NCBI GenBank assembly: GCA_973895155.1
Contig: OZ316895.1
Coordinates: forward strand, 14,948,816-15,012,815
Length of the DNA: 64,000 bases
Source of the DNA: Marsupella aquatica
Lineage: Eukaryota > Plantae > Marchantiophyta
Direction of reading: 5' to 3'
This document shows, one piece after another, positions 1-11,240 of this stretch. The translations under genes were made by a program, and so were the position numbers. Every line of letters starts with the position of its first letter. Position 1 is the stretch's first letter. The notes below the pieces were generated by a model, which saw only the letters and a list, made by a program, of their open reading frames with translations, did not search any database and was not told the DNA's origin.

Positions 1-951
1 CTACATCCAACTGCGAGCAGGAACTCATGCGCACCTGCAGGTAAGGCCTGTTAGCCTCCATTGATGTCCGACAGTTGTAGCGTTCACTCTTGGATCCGAA
101 GCAGACCACTTTTGTACAGATGTTATGTCGGAGATCAACAAATTTTTCATAATACATTTGGAAAGAATTTCACTGTGCATGAGCTGGAACAGTAGCTCTG
201 CACTTAGCTCGCATCACACATTGCCAAGAATTTACTTGACATATCTGTTTGCAAATGAGAAGCAGCATTGCTTTGCGTGACTGGCGTGTTGCTGTTAGTG
301 CAGGTTTTTCCAATACCCTTGCTTAAGGCCCTTCGTGCACGAGCTGCATTTGTAGCAGCTGCAAAACAAGAGGGTTTTGTATTTCAAGAGCTTCCCCCAA
401 GTGAGTGTATCAATAACTATCGAATTTATTTCTTTCTAACTTTTGAGATGGCAGAAGTATGGGGCGACATCAGTTTCACCGGCAGGATGTGATCTAAAGT
501 TTAAATCGTAGCATTTAGAATCATAGTCCCCTTACATTAGCTGCACTGCGACCTGTTGACAACAAAGCCTGTTTGCAGCTCAACGTTTTGCGGAAGCTAC
601 GCAAGCCTTGAAGGATATAGTGAAGGGTCAAAACTACTTTTTTGTGGAACTTCCCGATAACACAATTTTGGTTCATCCGTTTGAAGCTGGCTCAAAGATG
701 AGCATGCAGTTTGGCAGAGAGGTAAGAAGAACAGCTGTTTGGTCGATTGCCTCATCAATTCCTCTCATTCTTTCTGCTGATTAAACAACTTATGAAAATC
801 TCGATGAACGATTTTATCTCAGGTGGTGGCAAATCTCGTCGGTCTCCCGGATAGGGCAGATTGGAAGGCATGCACGCAGACCAAGGATGAGGAGACAGAC
901 ATGGCAGAGGAATTTAAGCAGCAGTTTTTGAAGTTTGATCCGATGTTATAA
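1..951 (+). CDS. CWF19L1: 3' part of a CWF19-like 1 / CwfJ family protein (lariat debranching/spliceosome disassembly associated); the 5' end lies outside the window
   Basis: Exons <1-40, 304-400, 579-721 and 823-951 join in frame through GT-AG introns. Translation: ..AGTHAHLQ|VFPIP..NYFFVELPDNTILVH..MQFGRE|VVANLVGLPDRADWKAC..EEFKQQFLKFDPML*. The HAHLQ, QFGREV and ADWK..C motifs match the CwfJ C-terminal domains. Confidence 0.88.
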
Positions 952-1816
952 CGTACTGATTTTGGGAGCACCCGACTTATAATTTTTTTTATGGCGGCAT
1001 TCTGGAAGACTGCTGAGAGAAGTAGGGGAGTCTCACCCTATCAACGAGAAATGAACACTGTATTGTCATCTCAGGGGTTACACGGTAAGGTAGTCGATAA
1101 TATCATTTACCCCTCGGAGCTTTCGTGAGCATGTGAGAAATTTCTTCTTTCTGATGATATATGGACAGCTTCAAGGATAGTACTTTTGCATGTGACTGAA
1201 CATTTGATCAGCTCATCAGTGGATTGCAATCTGGCAAAGACAACTCACAATCTCACTTGAGGTCCGCTGAAGTTGTTGTGTACCCACTATTCCAAGAAAT
1301 GATTTGCCAGCGTGAGAAGAGTTGGGGCCACAGTTGGTGCTCAGATGGGTACAGATAATTTGAGGGTCCAAACAGCTGAACTCTGTTCAATAAGAATGCG
1401 TGACTGCTAATGACCTGCACGAAGAGGTATAGTTTTTATAAGTTGCGGAATAATTCCATGGAGAATACTCATTCTAGCGAAGTTCCGCCAAGTAAGGGAA
1501 GGTCAGGAATAGTCTGCGCTCTAAAACAATTGCTCCATAACTCGGGACAGGAATGAACCAAGAATGGAGAAAGTCATCAGTTGAAAACTGCTTGACTACC
1601 ACATCTCCTACAGTCACTTGTTGTTCAAATCTAAACTCCTTCTCACAATCTAAATAGAAGGATCCCAAATCCAACTTCTTTTGATTTTGTCTAAGGACTG
1701 CATTGGAGCTAGGAGGATCTTAGATTACTCCCGTCGCTGAATCAAAACATGAGGAATTGAAAGGAGCATTGGGTTTCCTTTTTTCCCTTGTGGAAGATAT
1801 TGAGCTAGGAGGATAT

Positions 1817-1835
1817 TGTGCAACGCACAGGCTAG
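1817..1835 (+). mobile_element. Helitron-like 3' terminus (hairpin followed by CTAG|T)
   Basis: The hairpin TGTGC-AAC-GCACA (1817-1829) is followed by GGCTAG and then T, resembling the typical plant Helitron end GTGCAACGCACGGG...CTAG|T. The 5' end was not located. Confidence 0.5.
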
Positions 1836-2379
1836 TGTATAATCAAACAAACCTCAATAGTTGCCTCTTGGTCTTCTCTGTCCGAAGGTTTGTTACAATA
1901 CCCGTGTTGATGTGAGAGAATAGGCCATAACTCAGTTTGCGTACATAGGATTGTATTTTGTATGGATTCTGATGGAAAGGATGAAGCTAAAGTTATCCAA
2001 GAATGAAAGAAAGGGGGGCGAAGATCCGCCTTGACCATTCCTTTCTTGGTGAATATTTGCCAAATCGATCCTTCCACCCAAAGTACTATTGCTAATGATA
2101 CAAAGGGAGTTTTGTGAAAGTAGTCAAAGTTTGATCTGGTCCAACGGTTGCAAGATCTCACAGTTTTCCTTGATCTATAGATCTTACAATTCACATTACA
2201 CCAGGTGAGGGCTGACATTATTTATAAAGTAACTTCCAGACAACAGTGCAGCCAGGATACACCAGTTTGATGTTTAGACACACCAAAAAATGGGCCATGA
2301 CACAACACAAGGATGCACCAGTTTTTAAGTGTTTAGGCCATGACACACCAAAAAATTACAGCTTTAGGTAGATTTTTTA

Positions 2380-3095
2380 GGGGCTATTATTGCCCAGGCA
2401 TAATGCCCTTGTCACATGACATTTATACACTTAGAGGCCTAAGAAATTTTTTTCAGTTCTAATGTTTTTAGTCATACTGTAGGAGAAATTTCACAACACC
2501 TCAAGCCAAACCTGGACAGTGCATTCTTCTCCATAAATCATCAAAAAGTCCAAAGAGAAAAATCAATATGGTACCCTGTTCCCTGTTTCCAGGGCTAGAT
2601 GCCCTTGTCACGAGGAGTGAATACACATTAATCCTTTAGAAGAATTTTTACTCCTACTATTTATGGTTTTTCTTGTCCCAAAAATTGACATTAGTTGTGA
2701 AACCCCTCTAATCATCCCAAGGGTCAACATCATTAAAATACTTATGAGTCTTTCCCAAATGCAAATTTCATGCAAGTTGGAATTTTGACTGTTTCAACCA
2801 AGACGGGTAGAAGAAAATGTCATTAATGCCCTTGCACACCCAATACCAGGAATTAAACTCAGATGATAATGGTCAGATATTCCTTGCTCACTTGGTATAC
2901 CATTCACACAATTTTGTCAAGGCATGCAAAAACTGCCAAGGTGAGGATGGACACTGTCAGCTGAGAATTGACATATTTTCCTTGCTCACTTGGTATACCA
3001 TTCACATTTGTTTCCCAATTCTTTTGTCAAAACAAGAGCAAATTGCCCAGTTGAAAATTTACTGATTTGCCTTGTTCACTTGGTATACCATTAAA
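2380..3095. repeat. Dispersed repeat copy plus local degenerate repeats (probable TE remnant)
   Basis: The 17-mer GGGGCTATTATTGCCCA at 2380-2396 recurs at 62907-62923 and inverted at 38021-38037. ATGCCCTTGTCAC occurs twice (~2403, ~2599). CCTTGYTCACTTGGTATACCATT occurs three times (~2882, ~2980, ~3070). Confidence 0.7.
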
Positions 3096-3296
3096 ACTGT
3101 TTAGTCAAACACATGCCAAAGTTCTAACTAAGGCAGCAAATCAATCAAACCATAAACGTAGTCAACAAACCGCAAGGAGAACTTAAAACACAAGGTGTGC
3201 ATATGATCTATCATTTCTTTTTCTCAATCATGAGAAGAGATAGTCACTCTCTCAGGTGATGACAATTCATTTGAGTATGACATAGCAAAGATTCCA

Positions 3297-3644
3297 TGTT
3301 AGATATTGCTCTAGTCTTGTGACTCATGAGCTAACCACAGTTAGTCTAACTCGGGTTAGGACTTAGCTAATGTTAGAGGTAGTGCTATTGTGTATATAGC
3401 CAGGGCTGATGCTAGACCCTGGTGGAACTTAGGCTCATTGTTACGGAGCTAGCTGAGAGATAGGGAGAGCTTGTGCTGTGGATGCTTGGTATGGCCGGTC
3501 AGCCTAGAGTGCAGTAAAGCTCTTGTGTGTTCTCGTGGACGTAGCCTCATGTGGAGGTGAACCACATAACTATCTCTCTGTGTTGACTCTTGTGCGTTGG
3601 ATGGTTCATGGACTTGCCGTTACAAATGTCGTCTATACTCAACA
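3297..3644 (+). mobile_element. Solo LTR (probably Ty1/copia), 348 bp
   Basis: Starts TGTTAG and ends CTCAACA. Flanked by the perfect 5-bp TSD TTCCA (3292-3296 and 3645-3649). Contains CGTGGACGTAGCC..GGTGAACCAC, a motif typical of plant copia LTRs. Homologous to 54734-55095. Confidence 0.9.
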
Positions 3645-4344
3645 TTCCACACCATAAGAGGTTGCCAGGATTTTTCAAAATCTAAATAATACAAATGATG
3701 CACCTTGTTAAGGTACATTGAATTAATCCGTGAACCCCCATGTTCATCCAAGAAATGTGTGTGATGAAGTGAAATCAATTTTCAGCAAGGCGGTAACTGA
3801 TGATTTTGAGTCTCCTTATGGTCTTGGTGTATGCTCGTACAAAAGAGAACGCTCAAAAGATAGAGATGATTTATCAAATTGAAGATTGAATGTGGAGGAA
3901 TTAAGTTTTTGACAGTGTTTGCTTACACATTGGAGAAATCGTGTTTCTACCATTCCTAATTGATCGTTTGTGAGTTACATTGAACATTACCACCACAAGA
4001 CAGACTGGAGGACAACACTCAGCTATTGGCGAAAGAACGTTTGTCGATTTGGTGGGAAGAACGCACAAAATGGACAAGCCATCACTTCACATGAAGGATT
4101 TGTAGTTTATTTTTATTTAAGAAAGCTATGGTGTGAGGGGGGAAACCAACAATTGTTTCTTTGACATAGAGGTTGCATTTGGCGTCAACCTGTGTTCAAA
4201 GTGAGCTTCAGTTGAAGACTGGAGCGATGCAAACAATTCAAGCCGGGAAGCAAGCATTGTGGACAAGCAATGGCAACATAATCAAAGAATCTAATTTGCA
4301 GTGGCTAAGTTTATGACGGTGACAAGATTGTGATATCTCTTAAT

Positions 4345-4850
4345 CGAGAAAGGGTTTCCAATGAGTCTCAGATTGACAAATTTGTCAAGTTCCAAATGAG
4401 TTTCTGAATTTCTCTGCCTTTCCAATGAGTGTGAGAATAACAAATTTTGATCGATCATGAGTTCATGAATTCTTTTAGCTTTCCAACATTGAGTCTAACA
4501 TTAACAAATTTCCTGTCAGATATTGTCACGGTATTAAAGAGATCATGAGGTTTTCAATCTCTCTAGCTTTCTAATGTGTGACATTGAGATTATTCATCAA
4601 GAATTAGAGAGAACATGAGTATGATCATGAGTATCTGAATTTCTCTAGCTTTCCAGTGCACCTAACATCGATAGATTTTATCAAGTACTAAAAAGATGAT
4701 GAGTTTCTAATTGTACTCTAATTTTCCAATGAGTGATATTGAGAGATTTTATCAAGACAATACTAAAGAGTCATGAATTTCTAAAAATTGATCTTGAGTT
4801 TTTCAATGAATCCAACATTAACAGATTATATCAAGTACTAAGGAGATTTA
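4345..4850. repeat. Degenerate tandem array (unit containing ATGAGTTTCT..CTAGCTTTCCAATGAGT..AACATT..TTATCAAG)
   Basis: CTAGCTTTCCAA/TTTCCAATGAGT and CATGAG motifs recur roughly every 60-80 bp across the interval. Confidence 0.6.
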
Positions 4851-6569
4851 TTATTTAGTCTTACAATGTGGAGCCAAAAGGGTTCTAACTACATACACTT
4901 TTGTTGATTGGTTTTCTCAAACTTGCAAACAATTAAAAAATACAAATATTTTGATATAAAACATGGATATATCTTTGATAAACATCATAATGGTAACTTT
5001 CTTTTACTAAATGACATCTTCCTTTGTATTCTGGGTTTGTTTACATTTAATATTTACTTACGGCATGGTGCCCCCAAAATTAGTTGCTTCTGCCACAAAC
5101 ATGAATGTGTGCTTTTGTTACTATAAAAAGTAAGATCATTCCTCTTTGTGGCTGGTTGTGCTGATGTGGCACAACCTCGTGGCAGGGAATTTGCAAGGGA
5201 CCTCTCATGGGGTCTGTAAATAAAAGCACACAACAAAATGTATGACTAAGGACAAAATCCTGAATGGTGAATTAACCATGTAGTGTAAGTGCATCAAAAT
5301 TGCTCAATATCACACAACCCACCTCTCAAACAAGACTTTACTACATACAAAATTGGCAATATCACACAACCCCCTTAATGAGCCGCTAGCCATGACAAAA
5401 ACATGGTTACACCATATTTAGTATTTTTTCTTGAAATTGTGGAACAAAGTCTCAATGTAGAGGAGAGAAATGTGAAAAGGGGAAAGCCTTAGACACTTCT
5501 CCTTATATATGGCCAATGGTGATTTAACAAGATTTTACTAACCTGTCCCTTAAACTGAGTTTATTGTCAAAAATAGGTTTGGGCAGGTTGACAATAATGG
5601 TCAGTTGGGGGGAACAGTTGGGGGGACAGGTTGGTAATTAAAACGGATATACAAAATGCCTGGGAAAAGGGAAGGGGAGGCCAGAGGAGGCCTCGCACTA
5701 CAAAACGCTATCCATACAGTCATATATGGTGCGGCATCCCACTCCCCACGTGGCGGACCCTTTTTCCCCTCTTCGCGTTCATGCACTTTTTCTGGAAACG
5801 CCGACCCCACCGGTCCGGACCGCCCCCCTGTTCCCCTAAGCAATCCCGAACCAACAAACGCCAACCCAAGCCACCCAAGCCAAGCCACCCGATCCCAAAG
5901 CAACAACAGATCATCCCTCAATCCTCAATTCCTCACATTCCTCGACGCGAAAATGGCAAAGCTTCCTTTCCTTCACTCTCCCTTGTCGACAAGCATGGCA
6001 CTCACTTTCTCCGTGCGAAATGCGAATTGGTAATCGGCTGCGTTGCACCCGTGTCAGATTCTGCCTAGCGCGTCGAGTTCGTCGTCATCAGGCGCTCCTT
6101 GATCCGTCTGTGTCTGTCTGTCGCGTTTTCTGTTCGTTCATTCTCCTGCGTTGATTACAATTGTCATCCACTTTGCTGTCGCTGCTGCATGCCCCCCTCC
6201 CTTCTGTTCCCCGTCATGCGCGTGCGCTCAGCTGTCCAGCAGGAGACGCACGGAATAAGCTGGACCAGCGGAAGTTATTAGATGAGCTCAATTCTCTTCC
6301 TTCGGAAATAGAGTGAACTAGCTTATAGTTTCCCGGCCATTCGTTTATCAATAGTTTGATTGGAAAGGAGCAGGCGGCCAACAAGAAAAAGCAGGAAGCG
6401 GTCTATTGATAAGCAGGCAGAGAGAATGGAGCACCGCAGCGAAAGAACTGGCCTGTGTCATTCAGCGGATTGAGGACAGAGTAGAGAAAGCTGCGTACGA
6501 GTTGTGAATTGTTTAGTTGGAAGGAGGGAGCCATCCAGGACACACCCGCGCGCTTAGTGTGCAACAATT

Positions 6570-9049
6570 ATGGCGGCATTGTTCTGCACGTTCCACGTTC
6601 TGTCTCCTTCTGGTAGATACTTCCGCTGGAAATTGGTTCCCGGTTCGATTTTGGAATGAGTGTCAGTGTGACTGTATTCCTTTAAGTATACTCTAAAACC
6701 CTCGGTTAGGTAAGATGTATGCAATTATTGTAGTCTACGGTGGTGAACACGGAGAAAGGGAGTTTCTGACACATTGTACAGCATCTTTTCGCCCTTCTTG
6801 TTCGCAGACAGTGCCTGGCCCGGCCTTCGAAAGTGCTGGCAGCCACCGTAAGAATTGCCGATTGCTGCATTCGAATTCGAGAGAGAATGCTCTCAGATAC
6901 AGCCGTCAGGTTTCAATTCCTAGACAACAAGTGAGAAGGAATCTAAAAGCGACTGTGGTGAAGGCAAGGACCGGGGCAAGTGACAATCAGGAGGAAGAGG
7001 CGGGAGAGAATGTGCCAGCAACATGGATTTCAGTATATAAGGGAATATCAATGCATGCATTGGGAGCATTGCTTCTTGGGACGATCGTGTTCGGTGTTTC
7101 CCCTGCACAAGCTACCGATGCTCTAAAGACATGTACTTGTCTGCTCAAAGAGTGCAGGTTTGTTCAATCTGATGTCATCCTCTATTCTATTCCAGACTGT
7201 GCCAAGTGACGCAACTAGACTGGCTTATCCATTCGCTTATTTTGCACTCTCTTGTTTAAGCTTGGGCCTAAAACCTTCCCGAAGGGAATGGGCGGGTGCT
7301 ATAATTTCGTATTGATCCTGGCCATGCAAAATGTAGAGTCGAACTGGCGCGCTGCATAGCTGACCCCGCATGCGCAGCTAATGTTGCATGCCTGCAAACT
7401 TGTAACAACCGTCCAGATGAAACAGAATGCCAGGTACTTATCCTCATCAATCATAAGGTGACCTCTTGAATGTCAGTAAATTTGAACCAAAGTATCAACC
7501 ATATTTTGGCTGCGGGGGTTCCTAAAGTTTTCTCTTCCAGGGCATAAAGGGTTAGGAGTTGTGAATGATCTATTGGAACTGGCATGAATTCAAAATTTAT
7601 TAATGTTCCTATCGTATGATTGGTACTTTGCGAAATACCTGTCTAACTTAAATATCATTGAGCAACGCACTGTCCAGATTGGATGTGGAGATCTCTTTGA
7701 GAACCAAGTGGTGGATCAGTTCAATGACTGCGCTGTCACGAGGAAGGGATGCGTACCACAGAAGCAGGATGAAGGGAGGTTTCCGGTGCCCCCACCTAGT
7801 GCTCTTGTCCAAAATTTCAACGTTCAGGAATTCACAGGAAAGTGGTACATAACAAGTGGCCTTAACAAAACTTTCGACGTATTTGACTGTCAGCTCCATG
7901 AGTTTTCTGCCTCCCAAAACAAGCTGTCCGGTAAAATTGCATGGAGAATCGCAACTCCTGATGGGGGCTTCTTCACGCGATCCGCAGTGCAGAATTTTGT
8001 CCAGAATGAAAATGAACCCGCTCTACTTTCCAATCGTGGCAATGAATTTCTTCATTATCAAGATGACTGGTAAGTCTCATAGTTTTGACGTTTCTATTTA
8101 GTTTTTAGTTTTGCTATTTTACTGATTACATTTTGAGTCTATTCATTGCCTGGCTCTTGGGTACTTTGTACTGGTCGTCCCTTTTTCCACAAGAGCTTTG
8201 TACTCCTGTACGATCCATATATTGATCTACTCCTCTGCTGTACACAAATGTTTCCTCCATTCCGTCGTGAAGTGTTGCGAGTATGAAAGAATAAAATCCA
8301 GCGCGGGTTGTCGAAATTCAACAACGTAACATGAATCGCATTGTTGGACTGGATGCATACCCTTTCGCAGTGTTCTTTCCTGGCTTTTCACTAGTTTTTA
8401 ATACAAAATTCATTGTATCTCGGCATGTGTTGAACCTGATCAAAACCAGGAAAACTCGAAGCAAACGAAAATAAGATATATGAATTTGGGGTTCTGTCAA
8501 TAAATTTGCAGGTACATCCTTTCATCAAAGATCGAGAAAGGCCTAGATGACTATGTCTTCATCTATTATCGAGGGAGTAATGATGCATGGGACGGTTATG
8601 GAGGCGCAGTGGTATACACCAGAAGCAGCAATCTTCCTCAGAGTATCATCCCGGAGTTGACTGAGGCCGCTTCAAAAGCAGGGCTTGACTTTAAAAAGTT
8701 TACAACAACAAATAACACTTGTGGGCCCGAGCCTCCACTCTTTGCCAGGTTGGAAAAAAAGGTTGAGGAGGAAGAGCAATTTATAGAACAAGAAGTGGAA
8801 GAGGAAGAGATGTTTCTTGTGCAACAGGGAAAGGAATTTGTGAACACAGTAGGAAACTTCATTGCGAATATTGTAAAAGGGGAGGTAGACTTTATAAGTA
8901 AGGAAGCAGAAGAGCTCAAAAAGGATGAGGAATTTCTCTTAAGCAGTCTCGGAGAGGAGGAGAGGAAACTGCTTGAGGACCTCAACATGGAGGCTAAGGA
9001 TATTGAGCTTCTGTTTGGAAAGGCCCTCCCGATAAGAAAAATCCGATGA
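6570..9049 (+). CDS. VDE: Violaxanthin de-epoxidase, chloroplast thylakoid lumen
   Basis: Exons 6570-6612, 6782-7157, 7337-7433, 7678-8069 and 8512-9049. A bipartite transit peptide ends in a hydrophobic stretch plus AQA. Then come the Cys-rich domain ([35 protein letters not shown]), the lipocalin domain ([40 protein letters not shown]) and a Glu-rich tail ending ALPIRKIR. Exon 1 and its acceptor are the least certain parts. Confidence 0.97.
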
Positions 9050-11240
9050 CGAATGTTTCATTTTCTAGGACTAGACATGAATTGTTCGGACTATGAGAAT
9101 GCACTGGATGCAACATCTGTGATCTCAGAAGCCTAGTGCAGTCAGCAGATCATTTCATTGATTTAACTGCTGAGTTAGTTTTCGTCTCCGTAGATTTTTG
9201 GAAACCAGATCCGGTTTTGAAATGCGACATGTTAAGTCCATAAATGAGCTCGATGATCTAATTTCATGGGAGTTCTTGGGTATGGTGACTGTTATCCACG
9301 CCTTCGACTAAATGGACTCGCCTAAAATCGCTGGTGACATTTGTTTGAAAGGTGAAGTTAGTCTACACGTTGAAAAACAAATAGTGGAGACACGCGCCAC
9401 CCTCCCGTCACCAGTAAAGAAGAAGAAAATGGGATGATACCTACCCTTTGACTGCCTCTTGGGTCCAGAGCAAATGAACTGCAACTGTCCTAAGCGAAAG
9501 CAGTTCAGTTCACGTTTCGTGGATATTCCCGGTTCAGAAGCCTGTCTCAGCTACAGACACCAAGCTCTTGTATAGACACGGATATTACTGGGGTGTAAGA
9601 ACTTCTTAGGTAAGTACGCTAAATATATCCCATCGTTGGAGCAGTTCTTCCAAACTTGATCATTTCTGGGAATCGGCAACAAAACTACTATAGCGAGGGA
9701 CTATGAACACACAGCGAGATAATATGCAGCACCCAGGTACAAACCGGACAGCGACAACTCAGTCCCTAGGATCCTGGGTAATTATTACAGAGAATTTGTT
9801 TGAAAGTGTATTTTTTGTCATGCGTTCCTTCGCGTTTTCAAAATAGACACAGTTACTCTTGCACAAAAGACATCATTCCTGGCCACGTATCCTTTTGAGA
9901 TAGCCCGCGTTAGACGGGTTGACGAACCTGAACCAGTTGAGAATTTGGGGATTTAGTGGTCGTTACCATGAGTTTTTAAGATTGATCCTTTTGCAGTACA
10001 CATTAGGAAGCAAAATTTTGAGTCATAACCGGAGAGTCTGATCAGAACTGGACATATCAAGAAAGGTTACAAGACGTGATCGCAGCTTGCGATATGATAT
10101 AAAGATGTGAATACCCCCTCGATTGTCCCTATTGTTCGTACCAGAGTTCTCAGAAGACGCTTCGAGCCTTCCTCGACAGCATCTGGTCTCCACATCATGC
10201 AGATTCTTGGTACAAGAATACTCCACACTGGACCAGCTGGATATATTGTTGTCTCGCACCTTTCTCTAGGTTACTGATTCATCCAGAAAGTGTAAGCAAC
10301 GAATACATTTTCTCAGTCCTATCCACTGGTCCACTAGTACAATTTCCAGCAAATAGCATTGCAACAATGACATCAGAAGATCCCAACGAGATTATGGCAG
10401 ACAACGATAGAATATTCGGGCTAAACCTAAAGCCTGAACCCTCCACTGCTTCTTTACACCTTGCTAGGAAGTTCGCCTCGAGAGCTGGACTTCTGCTGTA
10501 TTTAAATGACGTTGCTGCTACATTTCGCTGGAGTTGTCTTGAGCTCGACCTTGCTCCCTCTATAGCTTGTCTCCACCTTGCTCGCCTCCATAGCTGAATT
10601 TCGCAGCGGGATTTCTGCCAGATATCTGCTGGATTTCGTTGTGAGATTGCTGCTGGATTGTGATTGTCATTTAGTGTTGAACAGACCATCGTTGAGCTGG
10701 GCAGCAGCGTTTAGGGTGAAGAGCACCTGAGCGGTTTGTTCCAGCACATGGCTGTTCTTTTTTGAAGAGCTTTCATTCGTTCCGGATACTAAAACTCGAT
10801 TTGTGAAGCTTTGCCAGTATTAGCCAGAAGTGATATCTGGACCGTTCATGGCCAATACAGATCTGGATTGGTGATGGATCAGAAACAGTTCTGTATACTC
10901 GGTTGGTCATGGCATGAAGTTCAGTCTTTGTTGTCGACGAATGTGAAACTGTTTGATACATTGACAAGGACAAACACTCACTGAAACAGCGTAGCACCAA
11001 ATCAAGTTTATAAGACTTGATCTGCACATGTGTTAGTTGTTGACCCGATCCAAAGAGGTTCATTTTCAGCTCACAGATGTGCTTTAGGAGAGGATACGTT
11101 GACACTGAGATTCGTTTCCAGAGTCCGTCTCGTCGTCTAGTATCAATGGTGAAACTTTTGATGAATGCTCAGAAAGCTTACAGATTCCAAAGGAGTATTA
11201 AATGGACCTATGATACCACTCAAGGATTTTGATATGTGCT

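Noticed and set aside
2860-3095. CRISPR-like repeat-spacer appearance (also the 15-bp array at 55459)
   Set aside because: The context is a eukaryotic nuclear genome with no cas genes, and the spacers are related to each other or absent. These are tandem repeats.
5601-6300. Overlapping 100-145 aa ORFs upstream of VDE
   Set aside because: This is GC/pyrimidine-rich promoter and 5' leader sequence. The ORFs mostly have non-ATG starts and no recognisable domains.
10023-10259. ORF containing HIFISYR, reminiscent of a TIR-domain first strand
   Set aside because: The frame stops about 20 codons later with no further TIR motifs, so this is likely coincidence.
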